Of a stretch of DNA of 25,134 bases, positions 7,981 to 17,342 are shown in pieces. Numbering within the stretch: position 1 is the first letter of the stretch; each line of letters starts with the position of its first letter. The notes under the pieces are model-generated. The model made no database searches and was not told where the DNA came from. It worked only from the letters and a program-made list of their open reading frames with translations. The translations under genes and the position numbers were made by a program. The stretch spans positions 1 to 25,134 of IMG/VR virus record IMGVR_UViG_3300032301_000175. One strand, 5' to 3'. This stretch comes from a virus (lineage: Duplodnaviria > Caudoviricetes).

Positions 7981-10059
7981 ATGGCAGCAAAAGCACCAGC
8001 ACAAACAGCGGAACAAAGAGCAGCCTACATCAAGGATACTCTAAAAGTTGACCCTGAAATTTTCAAGTCGTCTGGATACAATATTGCTGCAGCAACTAAA
8101 GCAGCCCCAAGCATAACCAAGTTCCAATCAATGGGAATGACGGACTTTTCGTCCGTTGTAAACGCAAAGGGTGTATTTGATACAACCAAAGCTGAAGAAA
8201 GTCTGATCAAGGACGTATATAAACTAGACCCGGCAGAATATAAAATAAAGCCAACAACGGTATCAGATACAACCAAGCCTAAAGTTTATGACAGTAAAAC
8301 AGGGAAGTCCGACTACCCTAAAATAACAATTCAGGGTTACGACATTGCGAAGGCAAATCAAAAATATCAATTTGAACAGCCGAAAATTCAAAAAGTATCT
8401 GAGCTAGAAAAAAAGCCAGACAATTTACTACAAGCATTAAATTACTACACGACAGCGTTGAGCTCGGCTCAGAAAGTCGGCATAAACAATCTTAACGCTG
8501 CCGACACTCAGTCGCTAAAAGATGCGGCAAGACTTGTTAGGGATTTCAAAACTGGAAATTTAAGCAAAAATGCAATAGATATTATCGACAAAATCGGCGA
8601 CGTTGAGTCAAAGTTGAATGAGATAGAGACTCAAAGGCAAGTAGTAAAACAAGAGAATGACGCGATTAAAAAGTTTAGAGGGTCTCAGCAACAATCGCAA
8701 AAAGGGCTTGCGCTACAGGAAGAGAAGAAACTAACAAGACTACTTGCCGAAGCGAGCCAGGGGGCACCTCAAATTGCGGAGCTTGTAACAAGAGTAAACA
8801 TTCAGGATCTTTCTCCTGGAATTGGAAAAATTCCAGAAGAGGACATGAAGGCGCTGGACAATGCTCTTGCAAATCTAAAGTTTGACGTAGCAACGAAGGA
8901 AAGCGGAAGCAAACTTCTTGGTAGGCTGAACATCAATGTCACCGATCAGCAAATCCTAGATGATATTAATTCTAGGACAAAAGCAAAATACGACGAGCTT
9001 TACGCAACGGCAAATTCAATAGCTTCTGATTTGAAGGGTCAAATTGACGAGGCGACTCAGTACGGAAAAGATCTTCCGGCTGGGGACAGAAGGGTTGACC
9101 TTAATAATAAATTTATAGCTGATCTTCAGTCCAAGCTAGACGCTGTCAACGAAGACGTCGTGACGACAAAGGGTCTAGTTGACAACTACAAGCCAACAAC
9201 AGCAGAAGAGGGCGCCAATGTTCTAAAAACTTTCCGAGAATCGCTCCTACTTCCAGAGCAAAGAATGGTGGACGAAATACGGCAGATCGATCCAGCGACT
9301 GCCGCCATGATTGAAGACCTTACAAAGGCATACGCTGATTTAGCGAAGGCCGACATTGGAGAGACGACCGATCCAGCTACCGAGGCTCTACGCAGGGACA
9401 TTCAAGACAAACTTACTGCACAAGTTGCGCTAGGATCTCAACTCGACGCCGAAGAGCGTAGACAGTACGAGCAAGCAGCCAGGGGAGCACAGACTGCCAG
9501 AGGCAACATATTTGGAGTTGCCCCAGCCGTTGAAGAGGCTGTTACTACAGGGCTTGCCGGTGAGGCCAGGATGCGGGAAAGGCTCGGAGCAGCTTCCAGC
9601 TTCCTATCCTCCGGTCAAAGCGTAACAGACGCTCTTAGAAGAGATAAGGCATTCCGCGAGGCGGCAACGCTCAATAGACTTGGTGCAGCTGCTGACTTTA
9701 CTTCGTCCGGGGCGACTATGTACAACATGGCAAATCGTCGGGCTGCGGAACAAAGTGGAGGACTTGCCGCACTCGTTGCTGGGGCTGGGACAACGACAAC
9801 AGGAACATTCGGCGGAGGTCAAACAGCAAACATTCCATACATGTACGTCGATCCGATGGCAGGATTTAGGGGTGCCCAGAATGCCACTGCTCTTTACGGT
9901 AGTGAGGCCGATTACTTGGCGAGGACTTACGGTGCTTATGTTCAGGCCCAGGCGACTACAAACGCGGCGAATTCCACTCCGCAATATCTTAATGCTGCAT
10001 CCAATTTGGTTACTAGTTTTTCTCCAAAGGGAATAGTCGCAAAAGGATTTTTCGGATAA
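7981..10059 (+). CDS. Putative internal virion/ejection (DNA transfer) protein
   Basis: 692 aa, largely coiled coil, with an A/G/Q-rich C-terminal third (EQAARGAQTARGNIFG) and no Cys or Trp. Confidence 0.6.
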   Translation: MAAKAPAQTAEQRAAYIKDTLKVDPEIFKSSGYNIAAATKAAPSITKFQSMGMTDFSSVVNAKGVFDTTKAEESLIKDVYKLDPAEYKIKPTTVSDTTKPKVYDSKTGKSDYPKITIQGYDIAKANQKYQFEQPKIQKVSELEKKPDNLLQALNYYTTALSSAQKVGINNLNAADTQSLKDAARLVRDFKTGNLSKNAIDIIDKIGDVESKLNEIETQRQVVKQENDAIKKFRGSQQQSQKGLALQEEKKLTRLLAEASQGAPQIAELVTRVNIQDLSPGIGKIPEEDMKALDNALANLKFDVATKESGSKLLGRLNINVTDQQILDDINSRTKAKYDELYATANSIASDLKGQIDEATQYGKDLPAGDRRVDLNNKFIADLQSKLDAVNEDVVTTKGLVDNYKPTTAEEGANVLKTFRESLLLPEQRMVDEIRQIDPATAAMIEDLTKAYADLAKADIGETTDPATEALRRDIQDKLTAQVALGSQLDAEERRQYEQAARGAQTARGNIFGVAPAVEEAVTTGLAGEARMRERLGAASSFLSSGQSVTDALRRDKAFREAATLNRLGAAADFTSSGATMYNMANRRAAEQSGGLAALVAGAGTTTTGTFGGGQTANIPYMYVDPMAGFRGAQNATALYGSEADYLARTYGAYVQAQATTNAANSTPQYLNAASNLVTSFSPKGIVAKGFFG

Positions 10060-10083
10060 AACTTGTTTTAAGGAAATAATATT

Positions 10084-11085
10084 ATGGCAGAAGTTGAAAG
10101 ACCACTAATTACCCTACCCTGGAACGAGGGCTATTACAGGAGAGAAGAGCAACGTCAGGCATTGGAAGACGAGGATCGCGCACTCCGAGTCGGAATGCTT
10201 CGACAGAGTTTGGACGCAAAGCTGAATCCAGAACGCGAGGCAAAAAGAGTTGCAGAAGCATTGATGCAGACGTCAAATCCAGTTGAACAGGCGGCACTCA
10301 TGCAGCGTTTGGCGGAAACCACAGGAACAAGGACAGCGCCAGGGACAAGCATTGTGGTTCCGGCTGGACTTCCAGAAGAACTTGTCGACATGTATGTAGA
10401 TCGCCAGGTAAATAAGGTTAAATATTATCGCGAGAAGGCGATGATGGAGCAAGACCCAGAGAAGCGCAGAATCATGATGAGCGTAGCCGATGCTGGAGAA
10501 AGGGCGCTTGTTGCTAAAGGGAAGGAATTGACACAGGCAGATATTGCTTTTGAGTCAAATCTCCGCGAGGCGTATCGCATGGCAGACGAGCTTGAAAACA
10601 CTGTTCAAAAGTATGGAAATTACGAGACTGTTGATCCGGAGGGATCTGCCACATTATTGCAGATTCCGTACCTATTCGCAGTATCTCTGGCAAAAGTTCT
10701 TGATCCAGGATCGGTTGCTAGAGAGGGAGAGGTTGAGGCAGCCAAGAAATTTGCCATCCCAATGGGTACGTCTCCAATTGGAATTGGAATAAATAACAGA
10801 TTTACAGGCCCAACTACGGCAACAACGCTTGCAGCAATCAGAGGGATGAGGGTAAGGCTAAAAAGAAGGTCAGAAGATTACGGCAGTATTTCCGGAAGGA
10901 CTGTCGAGTTGCCAAAGTCAGACCAAGGCAATCAATCTCAGGTCCAGCAAGCCGGACAGGCTGGACAAGCCGGACAGGCTGGGCAACAGCAACAGGCACC
11001 GCAACAACCAATGCAACGCCCGATGAGCCCATCCGGATTCGGCGGATACGATCCGCGTACTCGCAAGGTAATTCAAAACCGCTAG
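10084..11085 (+). CDS. Putative internal virion/ejection protein
   Basis: 333 aa, helical, AAGGA RBS. Contains an AKVLDPGSVAREGE motif I recall from phage ejection-type proteins, and a Q/P-rich tail. Confidence 0.6.
   Translation: MAEVERPLITLPWNEGYYRREEQRQALEDEDRALRVGMLRQSLDAKLNPEREAKRVAEALMQTSNPVEQAALMQRLAETTGTRTAPGTSIVVPAGLPEELVDMYVDRQVNKVKYYREKAMMEQDPEKRRIMMSVADAGERALVAKGKELTQADIAFESNLREAYRMADELENTVQKYGNYETVDPEGSATLLQIPYLFAVSLAKVLDPGSVAREGEVEAAKKFAIPMGTSPIGIGINNRFTGPTTATTLAAIRGMRVRLKRRSEDYGSISGRTVELPKSDQGNQSQVQQAGQAGQAGQAGQQQQAPQQPMQRPMSPSGFGGYDPRTRKVIQNR
10948..10986 (+). repeat. Tandem repeat encoding (QAG)x4
   Basis: CAAGCCGGACAGGCTGGA followed by CAAGCCGGACAGGCTGGG: an 18-bp unit twice, i.e. 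a 9-bp unit four times. Confidence 0.85.
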
Positions 11086-11091
11086 TCGGTC

Positions 11092-14000
11092 ATGGCCGAC
11101 GAAATCATTCAGGACCCACTGGAGGCAGCAAATTATTTGCTGCGCCAGTACCGCGACAATCCTCAGTTTGAGCTTACTCTGGAAGAGGCGTCGTTAGTTC
11201 ATAATGCCTATAAGGGCGGAGTTTCATTTATAGACTCCAGGCCGGTTATGGACGAAAAGTCCACTGCTTCATTCTTGCGATCTCAGGACGAGTCCGATCC
11301 GACATTCATAGCTAGCCCGGAAGAGTTTTCGATCCTAAAGGCTACCGAGCCTGGGCTTATAAGTAATATTGAGAAAGGCGCGGCCGGGGCTGTAGAATAC
11401 TTTAAGCCTGTAATCAAAGAGGGAGTCCCTGAGTTATTGGAAACACTTGGGGAAAGTCGCCTATCTCCAAAACTTGCTGGAACTGTTCTCGAGGCCGGGG
11501 CAAGGGGAACGCTTGACCTTGCTACAACTGCGGCTGGAGCGTCTAAATTTATCGAAAAGGCTCCATACATGGCGGCTGGGGCGCTTGGCCTACAAGACGA
11601 CTACAAGTCGTACCTGAACCAAAAGACGATAGATCAGAACTATCAAATGCAAGCGATCGACAAGATTAATCAAGAAAAGCGAGCTCAAGGCAAAAGCATT
11701 ATTGGATTGCCGGAAGGAACGTTTGCACCAAAGGCCGCTGAGTTGGGGAGCATGTTCTTAGATCCCACATCTGTCGTTCCATTTATAGGAACTGGAGCCA
11801 AGGCTGCAGCCACAGGCGGGAAAGCACTGAGGGCCGGGACGAGAGTTGCCGGTGGGATTGAGACCGCGGCTCGGGCAACAGGAGGAGCGATCGATCTTGG
11901 AGTTGAGAAGATTGGCGAGACCGTCCAGAGAGTATTGCCTGGAGTTAGCGCGCCGAAGACGGTAGGAGCTATCGCCACAGGGGCAGCGGCTGTAGGCATT
12001 CCCGGAGCGTTCCCAATCGGAGCCAAGATTGCCGGAGCAAGGGCCGGTGCAGAGGTCGTCGAGCGTGGAGCACAGGCTGCGCGCATAGCTGGAGAAGAGA
12101 TCCTGACAGGACCGTCCAGGATGACCGTCATGGAACGCGTCGCCAAGAACCAGAAGAATCCTGAGTGGCTAAGAAAGGCCGCGAACAATTCGATCGCGTC
12201 GTCTCCCATCACGCAAGGTGCCGCGGAGCTTGGCATGGAGACAGGCAAGGGCGCTGTTAAGTCTGCGGCCGTCGGCGCAGGGTTGGGTTATGTGGCGTCC
12301 GGTGGTGAAGAGGAAGGCATTGGTGGCGGAGCCGTTATCGGTGGTGGACTCGGAACAGTTGGCGGGACGATCAAGGGCCTAGCCGAGATCCCCGGCAAGA
12401 AAGCCATAGCCAAACAGGGCGACGTGAACAGGCTGTTTGCAAGACAGGCCGACCTAGGGCTAGACGTAAACAAGATTGCCGACTATGTCCGCAAGGATAA
12501 TCGACCATTCCTAGACGCTGCGACTCTCCAGATGATGGCACCTGACGTTCAGGTTGAGTTTCATGGACGCGATTCGTTTATGATGCCCGAGAATGCCGGG
12601 ATCAACGCGGCCGGAGTGGTTAAGGCTATTCCTGACAAGTCCGGGACGACAAGGCTTTTGGTCAACATGGACGACATGCGAGCCTCCGGTGACACGGTTA
12701 AGCATGAGATTATGCATGCCATTATGAAGTCCCCAGCGATCAACAAGGCTGAAGGACGTATGGCAGTTATGTCGGAATATGGTGAAGAGGGTCTTCGCAA
12801 ATTTGGAAATGAGTACGCTAGGAGACTTCTGGAGGGTGAGCGCCAGGGGCGAGGGGCACCAACCGAGGCAGAGGTCCGGGCCAAGGCAAATGAGCTACGA
12901 GAAGGATCTCAGCGGTCCGAGCCTGGAGCCGGGGACCTGGATTGGATTGCGGACGAGGTCCTGGCAGAACAGTTTGTGGGCGAGTTCCGCGGGAAGGACC
13001 TAGATTCTCTGCGACGCAAAACAATCCCTGGAACAAATCTTTTATCGTTACAGGAAGGCTATTTGGCTCCTGTTGGAAGGCTTTTGAATAAGTTCGGGAT
13101 CGATACGACCGGACCTAAGCCGACGAATATTGACACACTTTTTAAAGACAATCCTTTAGTGCCATCGAAGCAGTTGCGCGAACTGACGACAAGATGGTTC
13201 CGGGACCGCGACAAGTATCTCGACGGACTAGACAAGGCTGAAAAACAGAAAGACGTCGTACTGGTCACCGGGGCTGGTAACAAGAATTTAGCCAACAATC
13301 CTGCAATCAAGTTTACTCGCAACAGAAAGACGAACCTCGAAGAGAACGACTTTGCTGTGAAGTTCCCGGACGGAACAGTCAGGGCTAAAGATCCGGCATC
13401 GATCCTAGCAGTTGACAAGGCCCGGGTGGCAGACGTTGGCCGACTATACAGTCCGGATGCTGTCTTGGAGCGCGGTAGCCCTGAGTTTGGGGTCAAAATT
13501 CAATCTGACGGCAAGCCATACGTCGGTGGCAATACTCTCCCGGAGGGATTCTTCAACCTCGACAGCTTTAATGATTTTACAAAGGAAGTAGCCAAGACCC
13601 TTCAAGAAAGTCGCCAGGGTGGTAAGACATTTTCTGTCTGGTACCAAAAGATCGGAACAGGCGAGGATGGTAGCTGGGCTCAGTCCGTTAAGCGCGGACT
13701 AGGAAATATCAAGGTAGGCCAATCCGAGATCGCCTTCCTTGGTTGGCGCCTGTCCAAGGCCGGGAATATCTTAGCCCAGGCAGTGGATATCTCTGCTCTG
13801 CGCGGTCGTATGCTCGATTTCGCCAGGGGTGGAAAAGGTCGCATCAACGAGATTTGGGGTGGAGACCTGGCGTCGTATGAGAAAGACGTGATGAAGTACC
13901 TCGATAACCATGCCAACAATCGCCCTGGAGACGAGGGGTTGGGAACAGCAAAACGCGACGCGATCAATTACCTGTTTGGAATCACCAACGTTGCCAATAA

Positions 14001-17000
14001 AGGCGTCAATCCGATGTACGCCGAGGGACGACCTCCCGGCAGCCTGGTCAAATCCTATCGCCTGGACCGTATTGCCAACTCCCGGGACACTGGTCGCACT
14101 GGATTCTTTATTGATTATCAGAAGCAAGCAATGAATTTGGCCCCCGGTGATGTTTCGCTACAGAAAGCAATACGCGACAAGATGCCAAACATGGCAACGC
14201 CAGAGCAAGTGAGGGCAATCATTAAGCCTGGACAATCTCGGGGTGTAAACGAAGAGGACATTAAGTTTACGGGAATAAACCAGGAGATCGATAGGCTTGC
14301 AAAAGAGAACGCGGGGAAAGTTCCAAGGGACAAGCTGGAGGAGTATCTGGCCGGTAAGGGCAGGGTCCAACTTGAGGAGACTAGGTACGGAGCGTCAAAA
14401 GGCCAGAAGGTTCCGCTAAGCGAACAAGAGACATCGAGGCTCAAGGAGCTCGAGGCCGCAGACTCAGCAAATCCTCTTGGTGGAATGGATGACGAGATGG
14501 GGGATGGTGCGTATGGAGAAATGATGGATCTCCAAAACAGAAGAGACAACATTTCGACATCTAGCCAGTTAACCAGAATGTCAATAGCGGCTCAAGAGGC
14601 TGCACAAAAATACTTAAAAGATGAGCCAGTAAAATTTCAAGGAAAATACATACTCCCATCTGAAGAAAAGAAAATTTACGACACCTTTGACAAGATGATG
14701 AAGGAGTCAGAGCACCTTAATGCGAGGGCGGAGCAGTTTGAACGCGCAACGGTATCCGGAAACGCTCCAAGATTTGGATCGTACACGATCCCTGGAGGAA
14801 AGAATTACAGAGAAGTTGTGCTATCCAGGAAGCAAGACCAAGGGACGAAAAGAAGGGGGGCATATAGAATTGAATTTAAGAATGCAAAAGATGCGGACGG
14901 TTTCCTGACAGACATAAGCGCGGCTGGACTCGACGAGCTTGATTACGGAAGAATTAGTGGCGAGGACATATCAACGAATGACAGGGTCGTAGAGTTTAAC
15001 GACACTGTGACACAGGAAATTGTTGACCTTGCAAGAGCATACGACGCGAAACTTCCGAATGAGTCAATTGAAAAAGCATACATTTCAAAGCATTACCCAA
15101 AGGTTACCGACTATATCGCGCACATGCGCCTGGACGAAAGGCCCGATTCTGCTGGCAGGGATGGATTATTTATTGAAGAGATTCAAAGCGACAGGCACCA
15201 GGAAGGAAGAAAGTTTGGATACAAAGAGGATGATAGTCTTTTAAAATTAGAAAATGAATTCAGAAAGAAGTACGGTGATCCAATTGAATTCGAAAAGTTA
15301 AGCAAGGAAGATCAAACAAGATGGTACAGGGCAGAGGGAGAGAGCAAAACAGATCCGTATAAGAGTGTGCCTGACGCTCCATTCCGAAAGGATTGGCCTA
15401 TTCAAATGTTCAAAAGGGCCCTGGCCGAGGCAGTTGATTCCGGGAAAAAATGGATCGGGTGGACAACAGGTGCGGAGCAAGTGGACAGATATCCTGGCAT
15501 GGCTGAAAATAGCAAGGCAGGAATGACAAAGTTTTACGACCAAATGCTTCCGTCTGAAATTGGAAAGTACATGAAGCAGTACGGGGCCCCTGTAGAGAAG
15601 TCGTCCATAACAAACGACCGATATTATGTGATAACCCAGGATGGCAGGACGCTGCCAATGGATGGAAAGAAAAGCGCAATGGAATCAATGGCATCTAATC
15701 CTGACTCAAGAATTGTAGAGCCAGATCAGATCCCAATGTGGAAGATCGACATTACTCCGGAGGTTGTTTCCGGGGTTCGCAAGATGCAGGAGATGGAAAA
15801 AGAGTTTTCCGGGACCACCAAGAATGAGCCAAAGTTTACTAGCCTAATCGGCGGCGAGGAGCAGAAGCAGTTTGCCCCGGCCACGACCGAGGAGGACAAG
15901 TTGCGTGAATTGGCGTCGAGCGTTTCTGGGCTAAAAAATGCAATCAAATTCATGACCCCCGACGAGCAAAAGAAACTTCGCCGGGATACAGGACAGAAGA
16001 TTGTTGATATTCGCGAGAAGCTACCGTCGGCACAGGAATTTGCGGAGGTCGCAATCGCCGGAGAGGCAAAGCGCGGATGGTACAGGAAAAGCACCCAGGC
16101 GTTGATCGACGTTTTTGACAGCGACGCACCAAGGTTCGCGGCTCTTCTGGCTGCGTTGTCGCCCCAAACCTCTGTCGAGAGCAACCTAGTCAACGCGCTT
16201 AGAACATGGACGCTATGGGTCAAAGAAGGACGCCCTCAGTCCACCGACAAGATTTTGAACATCATGGCAAAGTCTGTCCAGGGTAGCGGAACTCTTGATT
16301 CAGTCTTAGGCGCCTGGAGGAACAATTCGATAGAGGCACTCACATCCATAGATCCCGAGAAAATCATGCTCTCCGGACCAAAGGTAAATTCGTTCATGCT
16401 CAATCTGCGCGACATGGTGAACGAGGTGACTAATGATGCCTGGATGGCAACATTTGCCGATATTGAGCAGAGCATGTTTTCTGGTAGTAAGACCAAATCA
16501 GATCCAGGCAAGGGCCCGGGATACTTGGCTATGTCGAGTCGAGTTCGGGAGGCTGCACAAAAGGCAAGCGAACTAACTGGAGACAGTTGGACTCCGGCCG
16601 AGATCCAGGAAACCGTATGGTCGTTTGCTAAGACTCTTTACGAGATGCGTAAATCTGCCGAAGAAAAGCGCACCATGGTACAAATCGTCAAAGAAGGCGG
16701 GTTGACAGGGGAGAAGATTGGGGAAACTCCTGACTTTTCTTCGTTGTTGCGCACCGGTGAATATCGGGATATACTTGTGCGCAATGGATACGAAGGTGCA
16801 ATCGCCCTCCTTGAGGGAGCAGGAAATAAGCCTGACAGAGGAAATATTGCTGGAGCGGGAAAAGCGCCAGGAGTCTCTGAAGGCAAAGCAAAACCGTCTC
16901 TTAGCGGTCCTGTTGAGCCAACCCGCGGGGTCCTCTCCTCGGCAAAAAGGCTAGACACTGTCTTTAACAGAAGACTCGCAGAGTCGCTTGCCAATCAAGG

Positions 17001-17064
17001 CAAAAACCTCGAATCAGCAGTAAAGTCTAGGCTAATTAAAAAGCAACTGGAGGCCAAAAAATGA
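11092..17064 (+). CDS. Giant modular (polyvalent-type) internal virion protein with zincin HExxH, GNAT-like and HhH-GPD-like domains
   Basis: 1990 aa and last gene of the ejection block. G/A-rich hydrophobic segments, KHEIMH...DEVLAE, LFIEEIQSD...PDAPF...FYDQ, and ALSPQTSVESN...GPKVNSF...VTNDAWM...PAEIQETVW. Confidence 0.75.
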   Translation: MADEIIQDPLEAANYLLRQYRDNPQFELTLEEASLVHNAYKGGVSFIDSRPVMDEKSTASFLRSQDESDPTFIASPEEFSILKATEPGLISNIEKGAAGAVEYFKPVIKEGVPELLETLGESRLSPKLAGTVLEAGARGTLDLATTAAGASKFIEKAPYMAAGALGLQDDYKSYLNQKTIDQNYQMQAIDKINQEKRAQGKSIIGLPEGTFAPKAAELGSMFLDPTSVVPFIGTGAKAAATGGKALRAGTRVAGGIETAARATGGAIDLGVEKIGETVQRVLPGVSAPKTVGAIATGAAAVGIPGAFPIGAKIAGARAGAEVVERGAQAARIAGEEILTGPSRMTVMERVAKNQKNPEWLRKAANNSIASSPITQGAAELGMETGKGAVKSAAVGAGLGYVASGGEEEGIGGGAVIGGGLGTVGGTIKGLAEIPGKKAIAKQGDVNRLFARQADLGLDVNKIADYVRKDNRPFLDAATLQMMAPDVQVEFHGRDSFMMPENAGINAAGVVKAIPDKSGTTRLLVNMDDMRASGDTVKHEIMHAIMKSPAINKAEGRMAVMSEYGEEGLRKFGNEYARRLLEGERQGRGAPTEAEVRAKANELREGSQRSEPGAGDLDWIADEVLAEQFVGEFRGKDLDSLRRKTIPGTNLLSLQEGYLAPVGRLLNKFGIDTTGPKPTNIDTLFKDNPLVPSKQLRELTTRWFRDRDKYLDGLDKAEKQKDVVLVTGAGNKNLANNPAIKFTRNRKTNLEENDFAVKFPDGTVRAKDPASILAVDKARVADVGRLYSPDAVLERGSPEFGVKIQSDGKPYVGGNTLPEGFFNLDSFNDFTKEVAKTLQESRQGGKTFSVWYQKIGTGEDGSWAQSVKRGLGNIKVGQSEIAFLGWRLSKAGNILAQAVDISALRGRMLDFARGGKGRINEIWGGDLASYEKDVMKYLDNHANNRPGDEGLGTAKRDAINYLFGITNVANKGVNPMYAEGRPPGSLVKSYRLDRIANSRDTGRTGFFIDYQKQAMNLAPGDVSLQKAIRDKMPNMATPEQVRAIIKPGQSRGVNEEDIKFTGINQEIDRLAKENAGKVPRDKLEEYLAGKGRVQLEETRYGASKGQKVPLSEQETSRLKELEAADSANPLGGMDDEMGDGAYGEMMDLQNRRDNISTSSQLTRMSIAAQEAAQKYLKDEPVKFQGKYILPSEEKKIYDTFDKMMKESEHLNARAEQFERATVSGNAPRFGSYTIPGGKNYREVVLSRKQDQGTKRRGAYRIEFKNAKDADGFLTDISAAGLDELDYGRISGEDISTNDRVVEFNDTVTQEIVDLARAYDAKLPNESIEKAYISKHYPKVTDYIAHMRLDERPDSAGRDGLFIEEIQSDRHQEGRKFGYKEDDSLLKLENEFRKKYGDPIEFEKLSKEDQTRWYRAEGESKTDPYKSVPDAPFRKDWPIQMFKRALAEAVDSGKKWIGWTTGAEQVDRYPGMAENSKAGMTKFYDQMLPSEIGKYMKQYGAPVEKSSITNDRYYVITQDGRTLPMDGKKSAMESMASNPDSRIVEPDQIPMWKIDITPEVVSGVRKMQEMEKEFSGTTKNEPKFTSLIGGEEQKQFAPATTEEDKLRELASSVSGLKNAIKFMTPDEQKKLRRDTGQKIVDIREKLPSAQEFAEVAIAGEAKRGWYRKSTQALIDVFDSDAPRFAALLAALSPQTSVESNLVNALRTWTLWVKEGRPQSTDKILNIMAKSVQGSGTLDSVLGAWRNNSIEALTSIDPEKIMLSGPKVNSFMLNLRDMVNEVTNDAWMATFADIEQSMFSGSKTKSDPGKGPGYLAMSSRVREAAQKASELTGDSWTPAEIQETVWSFAKTLYEMRKSAEEKRTMVQIVKEGGLTGEKIGETPDFSSLLRTGEYRDILVRNGYEGAIALLEGAGNKPDRGNIAGAGKAPGVSEGKAKPSLSGPVEPTRGVLSSAKRLDTVFNRRLAESLANQGKNLESAVKSRLIKKQLEAKK

Positions 17065-17066
17065 CC

Positions 17067-17342
17067 TCACTCAACGTCGCGGTCGGCCCAATTGGTAATG
17101 AATCCTGCCGTACTCCCGGACACGTCGATGACTGCTCCTGTGCTGGTGACGTATCCTCCGTAGGAACTGCTGTTGTCGACAATCATCTTCCTGTCCAGGA
17201 TCACTCCTCCGTAGGAGCCGGACGCGGTTGTGATCATTCTTCCGTTGATGTACCCAGCGTACTCCCCTCCGGAGGTCTGGATGATATCCCCGGCGAAACA
17301 GTGACTGAGTGACAAGGCGACCGACAATAGGATTTTCTTCAT
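17067..17342 (-). CDS. Secreted small beta-repeat protein (91 aa) with a Sec signal peptide
   Basis: MKKILLSVALSLSHCFA followed by four imperfect repeats ending GEYAGYI, GSYGGVI, SSYGGYV and GSTAGFI. It fills the gap between the giant protein and the lysin. Confidence 0.7.
   Translation of the reverse strand: MKKILLSVALSLSHCFAGDIIQTSGGEYAGYINGRMITTASGSYGGVILDRKMIVDNSSSYGGYVTSTGAVIDVSGSTAGFITNWADRDVE

Noticed and set aside
3238-16994. Many minus-strand ORFs of 60-190 aa (e.g. 3238-3654, 5719-6090, 11685-12248, 15726-16223)
   Set aside because: They are antisense shadows of long + strand genes, with no RBS or recognisable motifs.
17061-17312. + strand 83-aa ORF overlapping the giant gene stop (ATGA)
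   Set aside because: Its composition is unconvincing, whereas the opposite strand encodes a signal peptide, regular repeats and a promoter. Not fully excluded, because the ATGA overlap matches the operon style.
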